NCBI RefSeq assembly: GCF_964204645.1
Contig: NC_134028.1
Coordinates: forward strand, 10,478,001 to 10,542,000
Reading direction: 5' to 3'
From: Tubulanus polymorphus
Lineage: Eukaryota; Animalia; Nemertea
DNA: 64,000 nt
Shown here: in pieces, positions 14,401-24,374 of the stretch
How the letters are laid out: each line of letters begins with the position of its first letter
Position numbering within the stretch: the first letter of the stretch is position 1
Program-made: the position numbers and the translations under genes
The notes under the pieces: model-generated
Seen by the model: only the letters and a program-made list of their open reading frames with translations
Databases searched by the model: none
Told to the model about the DNA's origin: nothing

Positions 14401-17400
14401 GTATAATTTGATGAGACACAGCGTGAAGATTGGGACAGGTGGGATGTCTGCTCCTATTGAAAGTAGAGGTTATCAGCCATCAAATATGGGCAGCAATCTT
14501 CCAGTCAATGGTATGATAAACTCAGCTAAGTCAATTCAGCTTGTCCTGTGTCATCCTTGTCCATTTTTGCTGAAAAAACCTTTTTGAGTTTTCAAATGTC
14601 GGCGCATGGTCAGACGACTTAGAAACTGGCTGCAAAACAGCAGCAAAACAACATGTCTGTTGGCATTGGCTCTAATGAACATACATAGTGGCCACGAAGT
14701 AGATTATGATCGCACTGACGACCTGTTTGGCTGTCTGCACCCCTGGCGCATGAAGGTTACAAGTCTTATTTTTAGCTCCGCTGTGACTGAAGGTCAGTGG
14801 AGCTAATGGGTTAGGGGGTGAGCCGTTGTCGTCCGTCCGTTCGTTCGTTCATTCGTGCGTCTGTCAACTTTTTCTTCAAATTGCTATTAGTCCTACAGTT
14901 TTAATCAAATCAAGTCCAAATTTGGTATGAATGTTTTATGGACCAATACCTACAAAGTACAGAGCCCTTTTTGGATTTGGCCAAAGGGGGGCACCCCTAG
15001 GTATGCAGCTTCCATTTCTTCAAATCACACAGCAGAGCTATATAAGCCGATAGGCTCCTTGTTGACTCTTAAAAGGCTGTTATCTATTTGGTAAAGTCAC
15101 CAATTACTTGTCTCTCGTAGAGTGCAGCGCAGCTTTGATAACCCATTGTCCATGGTTGCCCTGGCACTGCAACTCACTAAAACATGAAATTTGATATAGA
15201 AATACCATATGTATTCAGGAAATTGGCTATTTTTGTTTATGTTGTGTATAGGTTGTGAGTTTAAATTTCACAGTCTTGTATTTCAATCGTTTGATTTGAG
15301 ATATTTCTGAAAAGATTTCTGAAAACAATTTGATATAAATTTGCTGTTCAATTTGATCATTGGTGGTGACTTGACTACATTACATTGAAAAATCAAAACT
15401 TTCCCAGCTACGCCCCTCTCTGTGTTCAGTATGCATTAATGATGCACACAGGACAGCGAGCGATGTGTGGAATTAGCGCTGGTCTCCCAATAAAAATGGC
15501 TGCTGACAGGTTAGTTGGCCCATGATTGGACGGCCTCAGATTGCACCAGAAAGCGCCTGCTTGCATGAAATTTCCAGAACCCCCTTCTTTTCTACAAAAA
15601 CCAACTCACCAAAAAAACCCTGGGGATGGCCATGGTTCTGGGCCAAATTTGGTTCGGGCCATATAGCCCGGCCAAAGACACTTGTGTGATCGCGGCTATA
15701 GATTACCAACATTTTACTTGACATGACTCCTGGAATTTTTTACTTGGAATTCCAGTTGCCCTGAAGTGTATGAACCCTAAATATTTGCTCCCTTGGCAGG
15801 AATAATGTAATGTTAGTAATGTATGTTTTATTCACAGACGGAACCTGGTGCACCGATTCAATCGAAACAAAAACAGAATAAGAACGTAATGTGTTGTAAT
15901 TGTGGAAAACGAGGACATTTTATTTACGTAAGTAGCTTAGATTCTGGCTGGAAAACTAACCAGCATACCTGAGACTGGTATTTTTGATCAGCCAATTATG
16001 ACAGGATTGGCGGCCATTTTGGTGTCATCAGTACTGATTCGTAGGTGGGAAAAAGTTTTTCCACATATTGATACCTAAGCATATTGTGTTACCACAATCA
16101 ATTGGAAAGTTGTTGCTCATAACGTGTTCTATGATTTCGATGAATTTCAAGGTCAGTTGGTTTTGTATATGGCCACCAGGGGGCATTGAATAATACAATA
16201 ACTTAGTATTTCTATATTGTATTTGTACCTATGCATATTTTGTTATCACAATCAATTGCAAAGTTTGATTTTTTTTTGCTCTGGATACATGTTGCCATAA
16301 TCTTTTCAGCCATCTTGTCGGTTGCTATGGTCTTCTAGAATGCTCAATTTTTCACTGTTTATTCTATCGGAAGTCTGTTCTATACATCAGTTTTGCTACC
16401 AGGTTGATGTTGGATTTATCTTCTTGTATATTAGTAACTGAGTCGGTATGTTCTCTATTTTCTCAAAAATTTGTCCTTTTGCTGGAACTCAGTTTCCTTT
16501 GATCTCTTAGGTACAGGCAGCGCCCTCTCTCCTATCATCCCTGTTAATTAGAGAATGCGTTCACACGTAAACTGCTCACTTGATGCCTTACAAAAACATT
16601 ACTTAAGGGGGTCATGAAGAGGTTTTTGAGATATGGCTATAAGTATTTTTGTCATCAATTATAACCTATTTGTTGATTTAGTGGTCACAAAATTATTTTT
16701 GCATTCTTCAATTACTGTTAAAACGAGACTTTTGATCAGCCGTGCTGAGTAACAATTTGCACAATTAAAGTGCAAAATAGTGACTCAAATACATTATATT
16801 CCAATCAAACCTCTGGAGTTAAGGAAGCCAACAGTTGTTATTAATAGACAATCGAAATTATTCCATTTATTTAATTTTTATTTTTATTTGGACCTGACGC
16901 CTCAGAATGAAGGAATATTTCTACGTCATGGAGCAGCAAGCATTCATCATCATTTAACAGTCATATCCTCTATATTTGTTAAAGCCGCGAGGAGGGGATG
17001 ACTGATATAGACATAGCAGATATTTCTGTGGGTAGAGATAGTTTTTTCCAGTACTGGACCAAAAAGCGTCCTGAAACCATAAACTTCGTGGTTCGTGTAA
17101 TATTCCAGCCCAGCCCGTGTTATAGTAATGTGTGCTGCATACATCAGAGCAAAGTCAAATTAAAGAAGAAATTTTTAATTTTTGGTTTACCTTTGTCAGC
17201 AGTATGAGGTTGGCATTGAGCCAATTCATGTAAAATCGCGGTACGAACATGACGAACCTCCATCGATGACATGGTCAACTTTTTTTAAATTTGACGAAAA
17301 ACTTTTTGGCAAGAAAATTCTTAGCTCTTGTGTATAAAATTGCGATGACCTCGATTAGGGGGGCCTCGTCTCTACGAGGGAATGTAATTGGCTGTTTTTG

Positions 17401-20400
17401 GTATATACGGGGAATTCCGGCGCTACTAAAATAATTATGGGGAAGCCATTTATGGCGAACGTTTCGTTGGACTAGTGTGTGCTCATTGCTGGTGAGAATA
17501 TAATTATTTCACATATCGCCATAAGTATTGTTTCAGTTAATACCTGGTGATTGTGTTGATTGAGATTGAAGTGAAGGAACACGTGCGCGGGACGGGAGTG
17601 CTAAACATTAGACTGTTGCGCACACTAACACACGGTCATACTAGACTACTATATGGTGATGCTGTAACCGCTGCTTGGCGCGTGCACGTTTGGTATGATA
17701 ACAGGCTGAATAATCGTTGTAGCAGAGGATGAGCGCTGCATTAGATAGAATTTGTAATAAATTGTAATTTCTTGTGACCTGAAAGTACTAAGCAGCAGAC
17801 TATAGGTATAGGTCGAGGTCTGAATATTGTAGTGATAAATTCCAGGATTTTAAACGATCTAATAGTAATACTATGCCGGGTGTTTTAGCCATACATTGGA
17901 AGAGGTTTCGTTCCCAGGACTCAATATTCAGCCACCCTCTGACATGTGACATTATATGAATTTTATTTGAATATTTTTTCATATTGTGAAAAATATTTTT
18001 TTGAAAATATAAAATCGTTTCCCTGCCGGGCCTACCTGTACCCTACGAATTTTTGAACGTAAACCATAAACAAATGTTTATCTTTGGTCTTATTTGACTA
18101 CAAAATAATTCTTTAAGAAAGATAAAATACAATATAATCTTCTAGAACTTTGAAGTCACGAATTAAAAAGATTTTTCAAGCAATGCCCTTACTCCAAACA
18201 ACCTCTAGCTTTCAAGGTAAACCACACTTTGCCCATGGGCAATTTATTTTTCTTGTCTGTGAAACAAATTCAGTGATAAAACAAGCAAAAAAAGTTTTTC
18301 ACCTCCACCGAATGAGAATCCTGGCTTGAATGATGAAAAAATCGAAAAACGCAAGGTTCTTTTTTGATCACAGTGTGCAGAATTCGAACTTTCCAAGAAT
18401 CATTTGTTTGGGCATATGTATATTGCCCTATCGACAGTTCCCTCTTCCTTCAAAAAGTGATTTTATCTCACTGAGGGAATTTTTTTTAAAATTTCCTCCT
18501 CCGAAACCATATTTTAATAGGTCTACCCCGTAAACCAAGCTATTAAAAAAAGGCCTTACGTAAGTTTTTGCTTTACCTTTGTTAGCGATAATGGAGTTGG
18601 CATTGAGCCAAATATGTAAAATCACGGTATATTTTCTTATGTGAGCATTTTTTTCATTGGTTCCTGGCCTAAATGACATATAATTGATTTGAGTGAAAAC
18701 ATGCAAAAATTCTGTCGATGGCATGGTCAAATTCGTTAAAATTCTTCAAAAATGGTTATGGCGCTACTAAGGTAATTATGGGAAAGCCGTGAAATTGTGA
18801 ACGTTATATTGGACTAGGTACTGTACACGTTCGAATTCCCAATGCTCATTGCTTGTGTGAATATAATTATTTCACATCTGCAGTCGGTATTGTTTCATTA
18901 AATACCCGGTGTTTGTTTTGATAAACCACTGAAGTGTAAGCGAACATTCACTTACGTGCGCTAATCAGTAGGCTGTTGTACACACACTCTGCTGCTTGAT
19001 AGCGTATTGTAAGGAATAAAAGCCACTTGTCCGGGGGGGCAAGCATATCTGATATTTCGCTTGCCCCCTCCAAAAGCTACTTGCCCTACACAGGCAGTCC
19101 GATTGGTGTTACTATCATCCGTTGCATCGAGTGGGAAAAAAGCTTTTGTAACATGAAATTGCACTAGCCCGGGGGACAAGTGATAATGATAACTTGCCCT
19201 GATGAGAATATACTTGTCCCGGGCAATCGGGCAAGTGCTTAGATCGAACTCTGCAATATCAATCGCTCATTACTATATGCAGAACAACTCACTTAATTTC
19301 GGATCTGGGTTATTCGGATTTTGAATTCAATTGTGCTACTTCACTAATCCCATTTGTCCCTTTAAATCAAAGAAAAATATCTGTTTTATTCGCATGTAAA
19401 TTTTCTTAATTCGGGCTCAAATTTCAGTACCTTTAGGAAATTTCGATTGGAATATTTACACTTAATTCTGATCGGTAATCTGCCTATAGCCCGAACAATC
19501 TCCCGATCTGACACGAAGTGTAACAAGATGTATTTCACTGCAGTGTTTGTTTGCCGTGCATTGTATTGATCTTTTATCATAGCAGAAATGTGTTAGTCGC
19601 TCAACTGACCTCATGTGTAGGCTGAAAATACATTCGGTGATATGTTTCGATGTGCATACAGTACGCCTCAAACGTTTGTCAATAAAATGGCTGAAAAAGA
19701 AAAGGATACACGTCACGTACAAATTATGATGAAAAATATAAAATTAAAACGTTTCGTGATGAACTTGACATAGCAATGGTAATTAGCTAATGAGAAGTAG
19801 TTTATAGCCAAATTTCTATGAATCTACAATACTTCATTTGTCATTATGTGTGAAGTTACTTTGTGTGCGTAACATTTGCTTCTAGTATATGTGTGCGCGA
19901 AATTTGCTTCTAGTATACCACATGGACGTTATTTGCAAAAATGATTGAAAAGCGACATTTTAGTGTGTACTAACCAAACCTGTTTGTCTTCAATGCCCTG
20001 AAGTGTTTATTTCTATGTCTCTGTTTTCCTTTTAGAAAGTATCTTTAGTTAGGGTTCTAATGATTTAGATGTACATTTGTTTTACTTTTTAGGATTGTAG
20101 AATTCCATTAATGGATAGTTTTAAGTTCCCATATTATCCATTTACTGCCGAATATGATACATATGATGTATACAGAGCTCGAAAACGGAAACATAAAAGT
20201 GGTAAGTGGTTGCACTCGGTAACCCACTATCATTCTGAATAGTGTCTTAACCCTTTTGTTACGTGGTACACGGTCACCGGTGACTTTCGTACCACAGCTT
20301 CACTATGTTGTACATGGTCACCGCTGACCCGCATTTTCATAGAGAATATTCTTGCAAAATATTCTAAGTACTTCAGCTACTTTGTACAAACAGTCGTTTC

Positions 20401-21093
20401 GAAAATATATTTAGTGGTTTGATATTAATTGATGTATTTCTCTAATTGTGTGGACTACCTTGCTACATTAAAACAGCCATAATTTTTTTATCAAAATGAA
20501 TTTAACCACCAAATTCTCAGATAATCATCAGAACATACTGCAGAATAGAATGGCAGGCTTTGTTTAGCAATTGGTGGGCTATCCAAATTTAATCTGAGAT
20601 TTTTCTGAAAAACTATAAATTATGCTAATTGGGTCATGTGACACACATAATTAGTATGAAAATTAATTTTTTTATCACCAAAATGTTTGGCCCCTACGTT
20701 GCCCTACAGTACCCCTTTCATAACACTTATGGTATCTTTATACCAGGGGTTTTAGTAAAATCACAAACATTTCGATTTCTGGCTCAGTACAGTGGGTAGT
20801 TAGGGTTAATGAATAGTGACTTCACGAAGCTGTTGTGTCTTTCTATTTTAGATTCTGGAAATGCAGGGAATGCAATTAAGAAAACAAATCGAATTCGAAT
20901 TGACAGGTGTCATGATGTGTCTGAAAAACGAACTCGGCAAGAAAATAGAAAACTGAAAAAACTGTTGAAAATGCAAGCAAAATTCGAAAACTCATTTCAG
21001 GGCAAAAAAACTATTAAGAAGAAAAATAAGATGAAAATAAAAAAGAATATTGAAAAGAATAAACTTAGAAAGAATGAAGAAAGTAATGGCTAA
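2366..21093 (+). CDS. ZCCHC7: Zinc finger CCHC domain-containing protein 7 (AIR1/2-like TRAMP RNA-binding subunit); spliced CDS join(2366..2478,2791..2938,3024..3546,5453..5583,11068..11277,15838..15927,20093..20201,20852..21093), 521 aa
   Basis: All introns are GT-AG with consistent phases; total 1566 nt. The N-terminal DSDTRYEMEIALYSQIHH resembles the ZCCHC7 motif DSEVEFQLYSQIHY. Five CX2CX4HX4C knuckles (CMNCRKKGHLSKYC, CLYCGESNHMFRQC, CYNCYKPGHEKALC, CTRCQMPGHSKHSC, CCNCGKRGHFIYDC) and the Air1/2-type IWRQY motif after knuckle 4. Confidence 0.9.
2791..2938 (+). CDS. ZCCHC7: ZCCHC7 coding exon 2 (YEMEIALYSQIHHE...)
   Basis: Acceptor ctctgttcag, donor CAG/GTAGAC; conserved LYSQIH motif. 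Confidence 0.85.
3024..3546 (+). CDS. ZCCHC7: ZCCHC7 coding exon 3 (Lys-rich then acidic low-complexity region)
   Basis: Acceptor tttaag at 3023, in frame with ORF 3054..3557; donor GTAAGT at 3547. Confidence 0.85.
3770..3925. mobile_element. Tc1/pogo-like MITE
   Basis: Termini CAGTGGAACC...GGTTCCACTG with TA on the right side. Confidence 0.6.
5453..5583 (+). CDS. ZCCHC7: ZCCHC7 coding exon 4 (WNIIESDRY...RYF, knuckle 1)
   Basis: Acceptor tttttcag; encodes CMNCRKKGHLSKYCPLPK; donor AAG/GTAGGT. Confidence 0.9.
6391..6885. mobile_element. piggyBac-like MITE
   Basis: TTAA|CTCATTGCCTGCCA...TGGCAGGCATAGAG|TTAA. Confidence 0.7.
7616..8263. mobile_element. TTAA-flanked MITE, Kolobok-like termini
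   Basis: TTAA|AGAGCATATGCCATCAA...TTGATGGCATTTGCCC|TTAA (purine-starting TIR, TTAA TSD). Confidence 0.6.
8672..9195 (-). pseudogene. Penelope-like retroelement reverse transcriptase remnant (frameshifted, internally deleted)
   Basis: Minus-strand peptides PSYRLSKYLAKQISPL, FLSFDAKFLFTNVP, IIELIKICT...YFQFNGSYY, LFLDVL and FSVYRKPTH, in the order typical of Penelope RT. Confidence 0.8.
10437..10930 (+). mobile_element. HINE-A 5' half
   Basis: Begins TTTTAGCCCACTTGGGACTTTAGTTCCAGCGGGCTA, as do the other copies. Confidence 0.75.
11068..11277 (+). CDS. ZCCHC7: ZCCHC7 coding exon 5 (knuckles 2-4, IWRQY)
   Basis: Poly-T acceptor ttttcag; three CCHC knuckles; donor GTAAGT at 11278. Confidence 0.95.
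11641..12142. mobile_element. PIF/Harbinger (Tourist-like) MITE, copy 1
   Basis: TTA|GGCCATCCCAAA...TTTGGGATGGCT|TTA; homologous to 45957-46499. Confidence 0.75.
12372..13448 (+). mobile_element. HINE-A near-complete copy (3 tandem units)
   Basis: 5' hairpin, 3' subTIR TCCCAAGTGAGC and GTCC-CT-GGAC hairpin; flanked by T tracts with no TSD. Confidence 0.8.
13680..14010 (+). repeat. Dispersed repeat family C (terminal TTTAGGCCAGCCGTWGGCTGAGCC hairpin); other copies on - at ~37790-38098 and ~54740-54992
   Basis: Three alignable copies share AAATGGAGCGAATTTAAATGACATGG and the terminal hairpin. Confidence 0.65.
14590..14765 (+). pseudogene. hAT transposase C-terminal dimerization-domain fragment
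   Basis: RRLRNWLQNS...LLALALMNIH resembles the hAT motif RRLKTxLRSTMxxxRLxxLALMxIH. Confidence 0.6.
14768..15063 (+). mobile_element. HINE-D: complete short Helentron/DINE-1-like element
   Basis: 5' TTTTAGCTCCGCTGTG with an adjacent hairpin, GTCC/GTTC microsatellite, 3' subTIR CACAGCAGAGCTA, hairpin AGCC-GATA-GGCT, then CCTTGTT. A second copy is on - at ~56069-56470. Confidence 0.7.
15838..15927 (+). CDS. ZCCHC7: ZCCHC7 coding exon 6 (TEPGAP...CCNCGKRGHFIY)
   Basis: Acceptor ttcacag, donor GTAAGT; first three ligands of knuckle 5. Confidence 0.9.
17178..18247 (+). mobile_element. HINE-B copy with a nested insertion (~17790-18200); a further 5' fragment at ~18566-18960
   Basis: 5' TTTTGGTTTACCTTTG; 3' CAAGGTAAACCA, TTGCCCATGGGCAA palindrome and T tail; aligns to 30462-31238. 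Confidence 0.7.
20093..20201 (+). CDS. ZCCHC7: ZCCHC7 coding exon 7 (DCRIPLMD...YD...RKRKHKS)
   Basis: Acceptor tttttag; supplies the last Cys of knuckle 5; donor G/GTAAGT. Confidence 0.85.
20251..20805. mobile_element. piggyBac-like MITE in the last ZCCHC7 intron
   Basis: TTAA|CCCT...AGGG|TTAA; only the terminal bases pair. Confidence 0.55.
20852..21093 (+). CDS. ZCCHC7: ZCCHC7 last coding exon (Lys-rich C-terminus)
   Basis: Acceptor attttag, phase 1, in frame with ORF 20809..21093; TAA overlaps AATAAA (21093-21098). Confidence 0.8.
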
Positions 21094-21399
21094 ATAAAGT
21101 ATTGAAAAGTTATATATTTTGATATGAATTTGTAATTTTCAGCCCATTTGCGGTGATATACTAGTGGGCTAGTGCATTCACTTTTTAGCCAACTTGGTCT
21201 TTTGTCCCAGCGGGCTATTGCGTTCACTTTTCGTCCGTTCGTCCATCCGTCCGTAGAATCCAGTTATTTTGGGAAGTATTGAAGACGCTTCAATGTAATG
21301 TCTTGATATTTCTGTCAAGTACTGTACTCTTTCCTATGGTTTTTGCCAATATTTTCTAAATTTGGATTGATATACTAGTGAGTTACTAGTGAGATACTA

Positions 21400-24368
21400 T
21401 ACGGTGAGTCTGTTCTGGTTCGGGCGCTGGTCCGATTCAGACGTCACCCGGTTCTAAATTTCCATTTCGTACATCGTCTGATTCTGACGTTTCGAATCAT
21501 AGTCATCGTCGCTCGGGGATAGAGCTCGCTCTTCCACTAGGTCCAGACGCCGTGAGCGTAATTAACGCGCAAGGTCTCCTCGCAGATCAAGGATTGATCG
21601 CGAGAGGGATTACGATCGTTATTGCAGAAAGTTTCGCCGTCCGTCACCTCATTCGACCTTCGTTGACCTCGTTTAGCGAAGAAGGCGATTCTTCTAGCAG
21701 GTCTTGATCCCGTTCGAGGGACCGTCACCGAAGTCATCATGATCATCGGGATGCGGGAAAAATTCCTGACTCAGAAGGATTTCCATGTATTTGAAGAAAA
21801 AAATTTAAACTTGTTATCGTTGTCGCAACAAGTCGCTACAACTTCTACAACAGGTAAGCCTATTCCTGATTGTCTGGTTTGAAGTTTGCCAGCCCACTCA
21901 GTTATTCGGAATTCTAACTCTGATTTCCTGGATGCTGGGGTTGGGTCTGATTTCAATGAGGATCCGGTCCCAGAAGCGGCAATTCCTTCTGGGGTCGTTC
22001 CTGCCGCAAGCAATTTTGGGTTGCCCCATACAAAGGGGACTTCCTTGGCTCGCAATGTATCTCCGTCCCGTTCAGTTTTATCCGAGCCAGCGGGGGACAT
22101 GCCATTTAGAGCAATGATTAGTGAGTTTTTTTGTCAAACACTGGCCAACTCGCGCTAAGCCCACAGCGGCTCCTCTGGTCGGTGAGTCAATGGAAGCTTA
22201 TCACCCTCCGGACTCTGATCTTAATGTTTTACGCGAATCGTCAGCGGTTTCAAGAGAATGGGCTCGATTAGATACGCAATTATGGGGTGAATGTCGCATT
22301 TCGCTCGACGTATTATGCAACTCCAGGTGCTGTGGATCATAGTCATAGCTGCCTGGATGCTGATTATACTTTGATCAGCCCGGATACTGTTTCAGCACAG
22401 TCGGGTATTCGTTTGTCTAAGTCTGGTTTGGTGGCCATGGCGTCAATCCTGGACAATCTTACCAGGGTTGGTTCGTTTCAGGATATGGCACTTAAGGTGT
22501 TGACGGGTGAGCTTTGCGAAACTCTCGCCGCCGTCCATGGGGGCTCCGACCCAGAGTCAGTTGCCCTAAAACTAGAGGGATGGACCGGATTATCCAATCT
22601 TTGGTTCGGTCTGTTTCACGTGTAATTCCGTTGTCGGTTCGGGGTCAGGCTAATCTTGTGTTAGCCTCCCGTCAGTCAGTTATGGACTCCAGTTCCAAAG
22701 CTCGTCTACCAGATATGGTGTCAAATTCTTTGCTGAGAGCTCCATTGGGGACGTCTTCACATCTCTTCTCCGGTTGGTGCGCTCCTGTTTCCGCCGAGCT
22801 GAGGAAGATTCGAGAGGTCCAGACCAAGTCCACCGTCCGAACTCCGTGGAAAAAGCGTTCGGGTCCGACGCCGGCGGCAAGGTTCGGCACGGACGCAAAC
22901 TGGACCAACTCAAACTTCAGCGCTTGCTCAGGCAGCTACGGATGCCGGTTGGAGAACTAGCGCGCAGCTCCAACAATCGCATCAAGCCTTGGGCTCTTCC
23001 TTTCGGAAAATCTCGAAATGAATTCTCGGGACCAGTGGGAAGTTGTCTTCAGCAGGCAGCTACCCACTGGTCCGACCTTTTCGGAGACGGTTGGCCCTCC
23101 CGGGTCGTCTCTCGTGGCTACCGTCTCCGTTTCCTAAGGCGACTGCGCCTGACGAGGTCACCGCCCGACATGCGGCCAAAACCAGGTCAGGAGGCCTTAA
23201 TCTCTCCGGCTCTCAAGGAATTAGCCGAGAAGGGAGCGATAGAACCAGTTGGCAACGAAATTTCTCCCGGCTGGTTTTCTCAAATATTCATGGTACCAAA
23301 GGCCACAGGGGGTCAACGGACGGTGATAGATCTGTCATCCCTCGATCGGCACCTAGACATTCCAAGATTCTGGATGACCAAACCCAAGGACGGGCAGCTT
23401 CATTGGACCTGAAAGATGCCTACTTTCAGGTTCCAATTCACCCAAAATCTCAGCAATTTCTCAGGATGAAGTGGAAAGGCCACCAGTTCCAATTCAGGTC
23501 TCTTCCATTTGGTCTCAGTTCGGCCCCGTGGGTTTTCACCAAGTTGGTCAAGACCGTTCAGAAGGTACTTCAGTCCAGGGGTGTTCGACTGTTCGTTTAT
23601 CTCGACGACTGGTTAATAGTCGCAAACTCGGCTCAAGAATGTCGGGAGGCAATGACCTTAGTCTTGGACTTAGTCCATCAGCTAGGGTTCCTCATAAACA
23701 GTGATAAATCTCAGTTGACGCCGGCTCAACAGTTCACTTATCTCAGCATGGACTTCGATCTCCGAATCGGCAAAGTCTTTCCGTCCATGGCTCAAGTAGT
23801 CAAACTTCAAGAAGCTGTTGTCGGAGTACCCACAACCCCGAGAACAGCTCGTTACTGGTCACGGCTTCTAGGCTCCATCAGCTCCATAGGTCTGGTGGTG
23901 CCCTTAGGCCGCCTCAGAAGCAGGCGCTTGCAACAATATTGGAAGGTCTTCTGGTCTCAGTCGAAGGGCAACTGGGAGACCTTGGTTCCCGTACCTCCAA
24001 CCGATCTAAGTATAGATCTTCATTGGTGGGCGACAACTACAAATCTTCGGCGTGGGGTGTCACTAGCCCTGTTAGAGGCTCCAGTTCGTGTAGTCCTGGA
24101 TGCCAGTCACCAAGGGTTGGGCAAATCGGGAGAACCGAGTCAAAGCCGGGAGGTTGTCTCGCTACGAGGTCACCAACCACATAAATTTCCTGGGAAGCTG
24201 GCCGTGTGGAAGGCCCTGAAGTTCTTTCAGAGTAGAGTGGAGGGCCACCACATTTGGTTAGCCACGAACAATTCAACAGTGAGGGCTTACCTTCAGAATC
24301 AAGGGGCACTCACTCAGAAATCCTCACGGATCTGTCAGCCAAAGTTCTTCTTTGGTGCCAGACAATAA
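21400..24368 (+). mobile_element. DIRS-type (tyrosine-recombinase) retrotransposon, 3'-truncated: degenerate gag-like region plus RT/RNase H
   Basis: GC-richer island. Pol N-terminus PVGSCL...HW...VSRGYRLRF...LAEKGAIEPV...FSQIFMVPKATGGQRTVIDL is typical of DIRS. No recombinase is present. The left boundary is approximate. Confidence 0.85.
23030..24368 (+). pseudogene. DIRS reverse transcriptase-RNase H (frameshifted near 23390 and 24120)
   Basis: SLDLKDAYFQVPIHP, FRSLPFGLSSAPWVFTK, VYLDDWLI, LGFLINSDKSQLTPAQ, DLHWW, DASHQG and TNNSTVRAYLQNQG, split across ORFs 22774..23412 and 23043..24368. Confidence 0.9.
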
Positions 24369-24374
24369 TTCTAC

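Noticed and set aside
21537-22913. Multiple overlapping ORFs on both strands
   Set aside because: By-product of the GC-richer, frameshifted DIRS gag-like region; not independent genes.
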